NCBI GenBank assembly: GCA_038883855.1
Contig: JAVZLH010000006.1
Location: 1 to 53,564, forward strand
Length of the DNA: 53,564 bases
Origin: Candidatus Bathyarchaeia archaeon
Lineage (GTDB): Archaea > Thermoproteota > Bathyarchaeia > Bathyarchaeales > Bathycorpusculaceae
Direction of reading: 5' to 3'
Of the stretch, positions 32,433 to 41,338 are shown piece by piece. The stretch's first letter is position 1. Each line of letters starts with the position of its first letter. Under the pieces are notes generated by a model. The model was not told the DNA's origin and ran no database searches. It saw only the letters and a program-made list of their open reading frames with translations. Made by a program: the position numbers and the translations under genes.

Positions 32433-32822
32433 ATGTGCAAATCACATAATTGCAGATGTTGGCACAACTATCCAGAACGCGGATGGATACAATTCCTAAT
32501 AATGCGAATACTTTACGAAAAGCCCATGCACGGCTACCAACTTCTCGAAGAAATTGAGAAACGAAGCTGCGGATGCCATAAACTCGAGTCAGGCTCCATA
32601 TACACGCTCCTAAGAAGAATGGAAGAAAAAGGACTGTTAGAGTCAAAATGGGAGAAAGTCGAAGGCGGCCCAGACAGGAGAATCTACAACCTAACAGCTA
32701 AGGGCGTTGAAGCCCTCAAAATGGGACTCGCATCAATAGTTAGGAGGAAAATGCTCTTCGAGGACTTAGCAAAGTTCTACCATGAAAAATTTGAAAAAAT
32801 CGAGGAGAAAGGAGAAAAGTAA
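32433..32822 (+). CDS. PadR family transcriptional regulator
   Basis: PMHGYQLL..SGSIYTLLRRMEEKGLLES.W..GPDRRIY. Start moved to ATG 32433. Confidence 0.92.
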   Translation: MCKSHNCRCWHNYPERGWIQFLIMRILYEKPMHGYQLLEEIEKRSCGCHKLESGSIYTLLRRMEEKGLLESKWEKVEGGPDRRIYNLTAKGVEALKMGLASIVRRKMLFEDLAKFYHEKFEKIEEKGEK

Positions 32823-33759
32823 ATGTGCAACGCAATAGAAGTTCAAAACCTAACAAAACGCTACGAAGATGTGACGGCAGTTGACCACATAAATTTCGAA
32901 GTCAAAAGGGCGAGATCTTTGGTTTTCTAGGTCCAAATGGCGCTGGAAAAACAACAACCATACGGATTTTGACAGGGCTTTTAAAGCCAGATGAAGGAAA
33001 AGCCGTTGTAGTTGGTTATGATGTTGCTAAAACTCCAATAGAAGCCAAACAGCGTATTGGTGTTGTTCCAGAAGTTCAAACGCTTACATAGACCTTACTG
33101 CATGGGAAAACCTCACGTTAATAGGCAAACTTTACGGCGTTCCAAAACAAAAGCTTCAAGAAAACGCCACTAAACTTTTGAAAGAATTCGGGTTACATGA
33201 AGTTAAGGATAAGCTTGTCAGAGGCTTCTCAAAAGGGATGAAACAAAAGCTCCTATTATGCATGGCTTTAGTGAACGACCCCGAGGTGCTTTTCTTAGAC
33301 GAGCCAACTTCCGGGCTTGACGTTGAAAGTGCAAGACCTCTAAGAGAAAAAATCACACAATTCAATAAAGAGGGAAAAACCGTTTTCCTCTCAACCCACA
33401 ACATGGAAGAAGCAAACCAGCTATGCAACCGAACGGCGATAATAAACCATGGAAAAATAGCAGCCATAGACACTCCAGAAAACCTCCGAGCCCAAAGCAT
33501 GGAACTCCAATACATCGAAGTCCTCTTCAACAAGAGTGTAAACATACAAGAAATCTCAAAACACTCAAGCATAAGCAAGGCTTCACTTGCAGGAAACAAA
33601 GTGCGAATTTACACGGCTGACCCCTCGGAAGTGACAGAGTTTTTAGCCGATTTTGCCAAGGAAAACTGCATACGAATTTTAAGCTTAAACACTATAATGC
33701 CCTCGCTGGAAGATGTCTTCTTAAAACTAATAAAAGAGAAAGAGATTTCTCCAAAATGA
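32823..33759 (+). CDS. ABC transporter ATP-binding protein (DrrA-like), two frameshifts (~32909, ~33075)
   Basis: Reconstructed [11 protein letters not shown]...AVDHINF...[16 protein letters not shown] (Walker A), then [18 protein letters not shown] and STHNM. Confidence 0.88.
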
Positions 33760-34507
33760 GCCAATTTACAGAACAGTTTAAGCGTTCTCTCGCCATAGCG
33801 AAAAAGAACATAAAAATTTACTATTCAAAAGGACCAGTCATCATCTTTGGGCTGATATTCCCGCTGTTTTTGGCTTTGGCTTACGTTATAGGAAGGAACA
33901 TTCCTCTAAAAGAGGTTTTGCCTGGAATAATAGCTATGACAACGTTTTTTACTGCTACGTCGGTTGGGCCATCAATTGTTCCTTGGGAAACGCGTTCGAA
34001 AACCCTTGAGAGGCTCTTGTGTTGTCCGGTTGCTTTTTGGGCGATTATTTTTGGCGACATGTTGTCTTCTTTCCTTTTTGGACTTATTATATCAGTGATT
34101 CCGCTTCTGCTAGTTCTAACATTCAACGTAGAACTGTTAAACTTTGCAATGCTATTCTTTGGCATGGTCATCGCAAACTTATGCTTCTCCGCCCTAAGCG
34201 TTCTTCTTTCATCTTACCCGCCGACAGACATCCCAGCAACATCCATGATGTTATCATCCTTGGTCAAGTTCCCGTCAGCATTTATAAGCGGCGTATTCAT
34301 ACCAGTCGAGCAACTGCCCGAATGGGGAAGAATCGTTGCCTACTTCTCGCCGTTAACGTATTTTGCAGACTTAACTAGGCAGTCCATCTTAAACACCAGT
34401 TTTTACCCAATTGTATTAGACTTTCTGGCGATCGCAATTTTTGCAGCGGTTTTCTTATTTGCAGCCATAAAATTCATGAGAAAACATTGGCGAAGCGAAT
34501 AAGTTGA
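33756..34507 (+). CDS. ABC-2 type permease; probable frameshift near the C-terminus (~34473)
   Basis: Six TM helices, TLERLL..P, FISGVFIPVEQLPEW, PLTY. Confidence 0.88.
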
Positions 34508-34602
34508 AAAAGCGGCGCCCTGTGAGTGACGTATGAAAAATTTTAATTACAATGACACTATAATATTTGTTTAGGAATCAAGTTTGTGGAGAATGAAAAG
34601 GT

Positions 34603-35022
34603 TTGGCTTCCAAAACATTGTTGGAAATGCTGAATCAGGCAATCGCTAGTGAAATGCAGGTTTCCATACAGTACATGTGGCAGCATGTTCAATGGAGCGG
34701 GGTTAAGGGATTCGCCGTCCAAGAAGAGCTGAAGAAAATAGCCATAACGGAAATGAAGCATGCAGAGGCTATTGCGGAAAGACTATTTTATTTGGGTGAA
34801 ATACCCACAACGAAGCCGGCGGAAATATTTGTGGGAAAAACCCTTAAGGAAATGATAGAACGAGACATAAAAGACGAGGAAACCGCCATAAAACTATACA
34901 AAGAGATAATAGCCCAAGCCCGCACGGAAAACGACGTAACCACAGCATTCCTGTTCGAAGGAATATTAAAAGATGAGGAAGAACACCACGACACCTTCAC
35001 AACTCTGCTCGAAGAAATATAA
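34603..35022 (+). CDS. Ferritin-like (bacterioferritin-type) protein
   Basis: E..VSIQY..H, EMKHAE, E..AIKLY, EEEH diiron motifs. Confidence 0.9.
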   Translation: MASKTLLEMLNQAIASEMQVSIQYMWQHVQWSGVKGFAVQEELKKIAITEMKHAEAIAERLFYLGEIPTTKPAEIFVGKTLKEMIERDIKDEETAIKLYKEIIAQARTENDVTTAFLFEGILKDEEEHHDTFTTLLEEI

Positions 35023-35073
35023 AGAAACTTTAAAACCCCTCTTTTTATACAACCAAACGCCTAACTTGGAGTT

Positions 35074-35520
35074 TTGCAACCGAATCTAAAGGAATATGCG
35101 TGCAAAAGAAATTTTGAGAAAACAACAGAGCCAAAAGGAGAACTAAAAATGTGTAAAGGAAACATTTACGTGATTCAGAAACATGCAGCGACGCACTTGC
35201 ACTATGACCTTCGCCTTGAAATGGACGGTGTGCTAAAAAGCTGGGCAATTCCAAAAGAACCACCGAGAAACAGCGGTGTTAAGCGTTTGGCTGTGCAGGT
35301 TGAAGACCACCCAATTGATTACGCCAATTTTGAAGGCACAATCCCAGAAGGTGAATACGGCGCTGGAACTGTTAAAATTTGGGATAAAGGCTTCTATAAT
35401 TTAATAGACCGTAAGGAAGATAAAATTGTCGTGGAAATTCACGGCGAAAAATTAAGAGGAACATATGTTCTTGTTAGGTTTAAAAATAAGAAGAATTGGC
35501 TTTTCTTCAAGAAAGGCTAA
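35074..35520 (+). CDS. Stand-alone LigD 3'-phosphoesterase (PE) domain protein
   Basis: [52 protein letters not shown]. Confidence 0.92.
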   Translation: MQPNLKEYACKRNFEKTTEPKGELKMCKGNIYVIQKHAATHLHYDLRLEMDGVLKSWAIPKEPPRNSGVKRLAVQVEDHPIDYANFEGTIPEGEYGAGTVKIWDKGFYNLIDRKEDKIVVEIHGEKLRGTYVLVRFKNKKNWLFFKKG

Positions 35521-35532
35521 AATTTATTAGGG

Positions 35533-35805
35533 CTATTCTTCTTCGGTTTCTGTCTCTCCTTCTCCAACAACTTCGGCTTCAGCAAACCTTCTGCTTATCC
35601 TTGTTATCTTTATTTTAACATGGTCTCCTGGTTTTGTGTTCGGTATGAAAGTAACTAAGCCTTGGATTCTAGCTATGCCTTCTCCTCTGCGACTTGTCTC
35701 TTTCACGTCAACTTCGTATTCTTTTCCAATTTCCACTGGTTTTGGAGCAAATACTCCTCTTCCGCTAAAGCCTCTTCTTTGACCGAAGCCTCTTCTTTCT
35801 CCCAT
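35533..35805 (-). CDS. Single TRAM-domain protein (RNA chaperone-like)
   Basis: RG-rich N-terminus; PKPVEIGKEYEV...GEGIARIQG..F.PNTKPGD. Confidence 0.9.
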   Translation of the reverse strand: MGERRGFGQRRGFSGRGVFAPKPVEIGKEYEVDVKETSRRGEGIARIQGLVTFIPNTKPGDHVKIKITRISRRFAEAEVVGEGETETEEE

Positions 35806-35837
35806 ACGTTTTCACCTCTTCTTCCGTTAATTTAGTC

Positions 35838-36152
35838 TTATTCCGCGGACGGTTCAACAGCCAGTGTTCCGTATTTTCCGACGTTCAGCTGGATTTCGCC
35901 CCTAAAGCTTGTCACGTAACCGTTTTCCACTTTAACCACATCGTTTACGTTCACTTGGTTTATTTGTTCATTCCACAACGTCAGCTTTATTGTCCCAGTT
36001 TCGTCAGCAATTATGGCGGTTGCAACCTTGTGGGTTTCGTCTTTGAACCTCGCTAGCACCTCTCGCGGGTCGGATTTTTCCAGAACCTTGGCTTTTATGC
36101 TGACGCGCTTCATTCCATTTCTTAATTCCTTTATCTTCACTGGCTGATTCAC
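35838..36152 (-). CDS. ssb: Single OB-fold single-stranded DNA-binding protein
   Basis: KIKEL..G, ADETGTIKLTLWNEQ, ENGYV.SFRGEIQLNVGKYG. Confidence 0.9.
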   Translation of the reverse strand: MNQPVKIKELRNGMKRVSIKAKVLEKSDPREVLARFKDETHKVATAIIADETGTIKLTLWNEQINQVNVNDVVKVENGYVTSFRGEIQLNVGKYGTLAVEPSAE

Positions 36153-36440
36153 CTACTGGGCTATTTTCTCCGCGACAGCGAACTTTTCTCCAACAGACAA
36201 AATCCTGACTTTAACGCGTTCACCTACCTTAACGTTTGGTACAAAAATCAGAAAGCTTTGAATCCGGGCTATACCATCTCCTCTGCTTCCAATGTCGTCT
36301 ATAACAACCTCCAGCTCCTGATTTTCCCTCACCGGCCTAGGAGCGAAAAATGGTCTACTCGCACGGAATCTTCTCTGACTTCCAAACCTTCTAGGTTTCC
36401 TTTTGGCATTTTTTGTTTTTTCTGGCAGCCTTCTTGGCAT
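36153..36440 (-). CDS. Single TRAM-domain protein
   Basis: APRPV...IDDIGSRGDGIARIQ.F.IFVP..KVGERVKV. Confidence 0.9.
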   Translation of the reverse strand: MPRRLPEKTKNAKRKPRRFGSQRRFRASRPFFAPRPVRENQELEVVIDDIGSRGDGIARIQSFLIFVPNVKVGERVKVRILSVGEKFAVAEKIAQ

Positions 36441-36551
36441 ATGATGTTGTCGTCCTTATCGCGGAACCAGCCTATAACCGCAACCCTTTTTGTCAAGATT
36501 TGACACGAGGGCTTTTGGTTTAGGGCTAGTTATGAGCAGAAAAGCAATTAA

Positions 36552-36570
36552 ACAATATAAATGTTTCTAA
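36552..36570 (-). promoter_or_regulatory. BRE-TATA promoter of TRAM-SSB-TRAM operon
   Basis: Minus strand AGAAACA-TTTATA, implying a leader of about 90 nt. Confidence 0.55.
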
Positions 36571-36574
36571 TTTA

Positions 36575-37849
36575 TTATTCATAACGTAATGCTTCAACTG
36601 GGTTGAGTTTAGATGCTTTTCTAGCTGGGTATAAACCGAAGATTATGCAGATAATTATTGCGAAAACTATTGCTACTATTGTCCATTCCATCGAGAAAAC
36701 AGGATTCACAGCCAGTCTTTGGGTTTCTGGCGTTTGAAGAACCGTTTCTCGACGTTGAGGTTGCATAAAGTTCGATAAGATTTGCGCTAATCCATAAGAA
36801 AGCCCGTATCCAGTAAATACGCCTATTACACCACCGATTATGCCGATTAAGACAGCCTCAGCGAGAAACATACCCAAGACTGTTCGGCTTTTTGCTCCAA
36901 TAGCCTTTAAAATCCCAATTTCACGGGTTCTTTCCATAACAGCTACAGTCATGATATTCATTATGCCAACTCCAGCAACAAGAAGCGAAATTGAACCTAT
37001 AGCCATCAAAAACATTTGAACAATATTCAACACATTGTCAACTTGACGCATTAAAGCGGAAGGAACAAAAACCGTAACCGAATATGGTGGAAAAAGATTT
37101 TCAATGTCCTCGCCGACGCTTTCTGCATATTGAGGATTAGAAACCTTCACAAGAATAATTTGGTACGGCTCTGAATTTTCTTTAAAGAAAGGCATTTCAA
37201 GAGCAGTTTCAAGGGGGATAAAAGCCCAATAATCAAAGTTTGTTATTCCAGATGTCCCTCCTTTCTCCAACACGCCACTAACCGTGAAGGTGTTGTTATA
37301 AATAATATATCCAATGCTGTTTCTCACTATTAGTGAGACATTATCTCCGACACCGGCAACTATTGTTCCATTAACCACGCTGGCTTTATAACCGAGAACT
37401 ATTGATGTATTGTCGCCAGTTTGCGGGAACGTGCCGTTTGACAGTTGAAATCGAAGGGGAAGTATTTTCTTCATTTCAGTAAAGTTTACGGCGCCAACTG
37501 TAAAGGCGCCAAGCTTAACACCGGTTTCATTGTAAAGCTCGGCTGTAGGCAGTGTAATTAAAGGTGTTGTAGCATTTACATTATCTATTTTAGTAATGTT
37601 TTCAATGTTCGTTTGGCTAAACCCTCCACGTAAGCCAGTCATAAAACTTCCTGGAAAAACTATTAAGACATCGAGTTCGAAGCCTTGTTCCATATGTTGC
37701 CTCACTTCTAATCGGAAGCCTTCGCCAAGCGAAGCAATGGCTATTATTGTTGTGATCCCGATGACAACACCAAGTGTTGTAAGGGAAGCCCTTAGTTTTC
37801 TCTGTTTCAGATTGCCCCATGCTACAGCTAATAATTTACTCGCCTTCAC
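36575..37849 (-). CDS. MacB/FtsX-like ABC transporter permease
   Basis: RKLRASLTTLGVVIG, GIMNIM..AVMERTREIGILKAIGA, PARKASKLNPVEALRYE. Confidence 0.93.
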   Translation of the reverse strand: MKASKLLAVAWGNLKQRKLRASLTTLGVVIGITTIIAIASLGEGFRLEVRQHMEQGFELDVLIVFPGSFMTGLRGGFSQTNIENITKIDNVNATTPLITLPTAELYNETGVKLGAFTVGAVNFTEMKKILPLRFQLSNGTFPQTGDNTSIVLGYKASVVNGTIVAGVGDNVSLIVRNSIGYIIYNNTFTVSGVLEKGGTSGITNFDYWAFIPLETALEMPFFKENSEPYQIILVKVSNPQYAESVGEDIENLFPPYSVTVFVPSALMRQVDNVLNIVQMFLMAIGSISLLVAGVGIMNIMTVAVMERTREIGILKAIGAKSRTVLGMFLAEAVLIGIIGGVIGVFTGYGLSYGLAQILSNFMQPQRRETVLQTPETQRLAVNPVFSMEWTIVAIVFAIIICIIFGLYPARKASKLNPVEALRYE

Positions 37850-37852
37850 GTG

Positions 37853-38551
37853 TTATTTCCTCCTTGGCGCTTCTTTTATTCCTTCGATTAAGCCGTCTTT
37901 TAGGTGGATGATGCGGTCAGCGGTTTCTGCGACGTGTGGATCATGTGTAACAACAATGAAAGTTTGTTTTCTTTCCTCATTCAGCCTTCTCATAAGCTGA
38001 ACGATTTCCCAACCAGTCTTGGTGTCCAAATTGCCAGTAGGTTCATCAGCCAAAACAATCTTTGGATTATTAATTAGGGCTCTTGCGATGGCTACCCGTT
38101 GCTGCTCTCCACCGCTCAGCTCTGACGGCTTATGATTCATGCGGGCTTCAAGCCCGAGGGACGTCAGCATTTCCCTAGCCCTATTCAACGCTTCCTTTTC
38201 TGGCACGCCGGCAATCGTCAACGGCAGTTCCACATTTTCCAGAGCCGTCAACCTAGGCAACAGATTAAAAAATTGGAAGACAAAGCCTATCTTTGTTAAA
38301 CGAATCTCAGCCAATTTATCATCGCTAAGTTTAAGAACATCGGCTCCATCAACAAAAATGCTGCCTTCATCTGGGCGATCTAAACACCCTATTAAATGTA
38401 GTAAAGTTGATTTTCCGCTGCCAGACGGCCCAAAAATCGTTAAAAACTCGCCTTCTTCCACGTTGAAACTTACATCTCGCAAGGCTGGAACAAGAACCTT
38501 ACCCATACGATAACTCTTTTTTACATTTTTTACTTCAAGAATCGCCGCCAC
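37853..38551 (-). CDS. LolD/MacB-type ABC ATP-binding protein
   Basis: [39 protein letters not shown]. Confidence 0.95.
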   Translation of the reverse strand: MAAILEVKNVKKSYRMGKVLVPALRDVSFNVEEGEFLTIFGPSGSGKSTLLHLIGCLDRPDEGSIFVDGADVLKLSDDKLAEIRLTKIGFVFQFFNLLPRLTALENVELPLTIAGVPEKEALNRAREMLTSLGLEARMNHKPSELSGGEQQRVAIARALINNPKIVLADEPTGNLDTKTGWEIVQLMRRLNEERKQTFIVVTHDPHVAETADRIIHLKDGLIEGIKEAPRRK

Positions 38552-38618
38552 GAAGATTCCAGCCTGCCAGAAACACTTATCACATGTCCATCTTTCTTAA
38601 AAATTTTGCTTACCTTTT

Positions 38619-39779
38619 TCACGTTCCAACCAAAAAGCCTTCTATAAGCGTTGTAGCGAAATAAGCCACAACAGCAATAAGGAAACTTTTTGTCCATGAA
38701 AACTCGGTTGTTGAGCGAACTGCAAGGGTGCATAGAACTATAGTCCATATGAGCACTGCTATTTGGGCGTAGTTGTAAATTTGGTTTACAAGCCACGTTT
38801 CTTCTAGAATTTTGCTGTAGGCATTTTCGCTTTCGCCTTTAACTCCGCCTATAAGCTCAAAGGGATAGCGGATGGTTGACATGGTTGAAAATGCTGCAAC
38901 GTTTATTATGGCTTGCACAAACATGGTTATCAATGTGAAACCGGCCAAAATTAAAATAATCTTCCAAACAGTGTTAGCCTTAAACGCCTTAGTCATAATA
39001 TAGATTATTCCACCTAGTAAAACCCATCTGACAAAGAACTGCATAAACGTGTAAACTGAATAGTTAACTGCATAACTCACAACGTTTTCCACCGCTGGCT
39101 TAAAAACGCCTCCGAAAAAAAGTCCATCAACCAAAACCGTTATGTTTGAGGCTTTAAGCCACATGAAATTTAATCTTAATCCCTTGATGTTTCCCCAGTC
39201 TGCAGCGGTTCCCATTTCAGTCCAATTTTGGTTTGCAAGAGGGATTGTTAAGTTGTTCCAGACGTTAACTGTGAAGTTAGAGAAGTTTTCTGTGAGATTG
39301 TAGTAGAAATAGTCTGATGGGCTTGAATACAGGTAGATGGTGACATTTTCAGGACTATCATCGGGACTTAGCAATTTTATCCTCAAATAAAGATATTTGT
39401 AGCCGCTAGGATCCGAAGAACAGTTTACTGGTCCAATGTTATCTAACTGCATGAAGATTTCATTGCTGTTTATTGCTGAGAATTCTATACTTCTGTTTCC
39501 GTAAATACTTCCTTGTATGCAGTCAGTATAATTTTCTGTAGCCGCCAGTCCGCTGGTCGTCCACAAAGTTGCATTTTCAGTCCACTCATCTAATTGTTTT
39601 GACGTTGGCAGAGTGTCTTCCATAAAAGTCTTACTCATAAGGGTGTACATAGAACCAACGTTTGCAGCTGCAAAAAGAATCATTATTAGAATCGGTCCGA
39701 CGTATTTTGGGTTTTGAGCTATTTCCTTGAATGCCTTGTGGGGTGCGTATATTACTTTAAAGATTCCGTAGGCGAACAA
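38619..39779 (-). CDS. Yip1-like membrane protein with inserted extracellular domain
   Basis: VIYAPHKAFKEI Yip1-type start, then a ~170-aa NxS/T-rich beta domain, then four TM helices ending FSWTKSFLIA. Confidence 0.7.
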   Translation of the reverse strand: MFAYGIFKVIYAPHKAFKEIAQNPKYVGPILIMILFAAANVGSMYTLMSKTFMEDTLPTSKQLDEWTENATLWTTSGLAATENYTDCIQGSIYGNRSIEFSAINSNEIFMQLDNIGPVNCSSDPSGYKYLYLRIKLLSPDDSPENVTIYLYSSPSDYFYYNLTENFSNFTVNVWNNLTIPLANQNWTEMGTAADWGNIKGLRLNFMWLKASNITVLVDGLFFGGVFKPAVENVVSYAVNYSVYTFMQFFVRWVLLGGIIYIMTKAFKANTVWKIILILAGFTLITMFVQAIINVAAFSTMSTIRYPFELIGGVKGESENAYSKILEETWLVNQIYNYAQIAVLIWTIVLCTLAVRSTTEFSWTKSFLIAVVAYFATTLIEGFLVGT

Positions 39780-39827
39780 TCTTGTTCTCCGCTCGTATAT
39801 GTTTCCCGCTGGTTTATTAAGAATTTG

Positions 39828-41336
39828 CTATAATCCAAGTTTTAGCCGCCTATAAGTGGTGTAGTCAACATACTCAAGGAAGCGATTTTCCGCTTGATAC
39901 TTGACAGTCATTTTTTGGCGTTTTCGCTTGTCAAGTATTTGGCTTGTTGTTATAAGCGAGTAAGCGTCGCTTCCCGCTCCAGAACCATAACTGACAATTA
40001 AAATGCGTTCTTCAGGCTTTGCTACATCCAAAACTGCAGCTAAACCCAGCGGCGAAGAACCTGAGTAAGTGTTGCCAAACTTGGCTACTTGAAGCGAAGG
40101 CAAATACTGCTCCTCCTTGAACCCAAGCTCCTTTGCGACCTTCACCGGAAACTGGACGTTAGGTTGGTGAGCAACGAAATAGTTGATATCGCTTGGTTTT
40201 AGGTTAAGTCTTTCCATCAATTTTCTGGCAGCCTTCTTTATATGTTTAAAATACGCTGGATCCCCAGTGAACCTTCCACCATGCATGGGATATGGCTCGC
40301 CGTCGCGGCGCCAAAAATCAGGCGTGTCGGAAGTGCAGGAGTACCAACCTTCAATTTCAGTTATAACATCATGCTTTCCGAAAATGTAGGCACACCCGCC
40401 GAAACCAACAAAGAGGTCAAGTTCTCCACCTGGACAGTCTCTGGGCGCTGCTTGTGAATTGTCTGCACCTATAACCATGGCGTATTGAATGTTTGATTTA
40501 GGATAGTTGACAAGCGACGCGGCGTCCTTAAACATGCTTGTCGCTGCCTTACATGCAAACTCTGTGTCTACAGCGTCAACGCCTTGTACATCTCCATCAG
40601 CCTCTCCAAGCCGCAAAACCTGTGCAACTTTTGAGGCTATAGGCTTGACGGCGTAAGGATTCGACTCTGAACCAGCGTAAACCTTACCTATAAGAGAGCA
40701 ATCGACTCCAGAGTGTATTAGCGCCAGTTTTCCAGCCTCAACGGCAGCGGTTATGGCGTCCTCATCTAGGAATGGAACTGAACGCTCTATTCCGCCTTCC
40801 CTTATCCTAAATCTCGAAGTATAGAAACCATAGCCAACAATTCCGGGAGTATCATACTCCTTATTCGGCTTGACAACGTTGTAGTTTTGATGCAGATAAA
40901 ACTCGTCTGCGAAAGTAAAAGTCAAAGAGATTGTTGGGATGACATCGCTTTTATCAACAGAATAACGTCTCCTAAATCTTGGAATGACCTCTCTTCCTTC
41001 TAGGGATGAAAAGTCAATTTGCTCGTCATTCGTTATTATTTTGTCAGTCAGCCTTCCAGGAACTCTTATTTTCCCGTTGTGAAAGGAGACTATTCCATAG
41101 ATGAAGCTGCCGAGTTTTCTGAACTTGTTTGTTGGTTCGCTGATTAGTGTGCATATTTCAAGCGTTCCTTTCTCATAGAAAAGGTCTATTTCAGCCATTT
41201 TTCCAAAGCTTTTCCTTCCGCATCGTCCACAGTAATCTCTAACTTCAAAATACTCTTTACCGCATAGTTGACAACGGCTTCCTCGAAGTCTGTCTCCGAG
41301 GTAGGAGACTCTTCTCTCTATTGGTTCGCTGCTCGT
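39828..41336 (-). CDS. DUF35 (Zn-ribbon+OB)-hydroxymethylglutaryl-CoA synthase fusion; inferred start ACG
   Basis: In-frame upstream RCQLCG...YCGRCG ribbon plus OB region, followed by HMGCS motifs GSES, EFACKAAT, DTPDFWRR, RFTG.PAY, HQPN, GNTYSGS, SYGSGAGSD. Confidence 0.88.
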   Translation of the reverse strand, partial: TSSEPIERRVSYLGDRLRGSRCQLCGKEYFEVRDYCGRCGRKSFGKMAEIDLFYEKGTLEICTLISEPTNKFRKLGSFIYGIVSFHNGKIRVPGRLTDKIITNDEQIDFSSLEGREVIPRFRRRYSVDKSDVIPTISLTFTFADEFYLHQNYNVVKPNKEYDTPGIVGYGFYTSRFRIREGGIERSVPFLDEDAITAAVEAGKLALIHSGVDCSLIGKVYAGSESNPYAVKPIASKVAQVLRLGEADGDVQGVDAVDTEFACKAATSMFKDAASLVNYPKSNIQYAMVIGADNSQAAPRDCPGGELDLFVGFGGCAYIFGKHDVITEIEGWYSCTSDTPDFWRRDGEPYPMHGGRFTGDPAYFKHIKKAARKLMERLNLKPSDINYFVAHQPNVQFPVKVAKELGFKEEQYLPSLQVAKFGNTYSGSSPLGLAAVLDVAKPEERILIVSYGSGAGSDAYSLITTSQILDKRKRQKMTVKYQAENRFLEYVDYTTYRRLKLGL

Positions 41337-41338
41337 TT

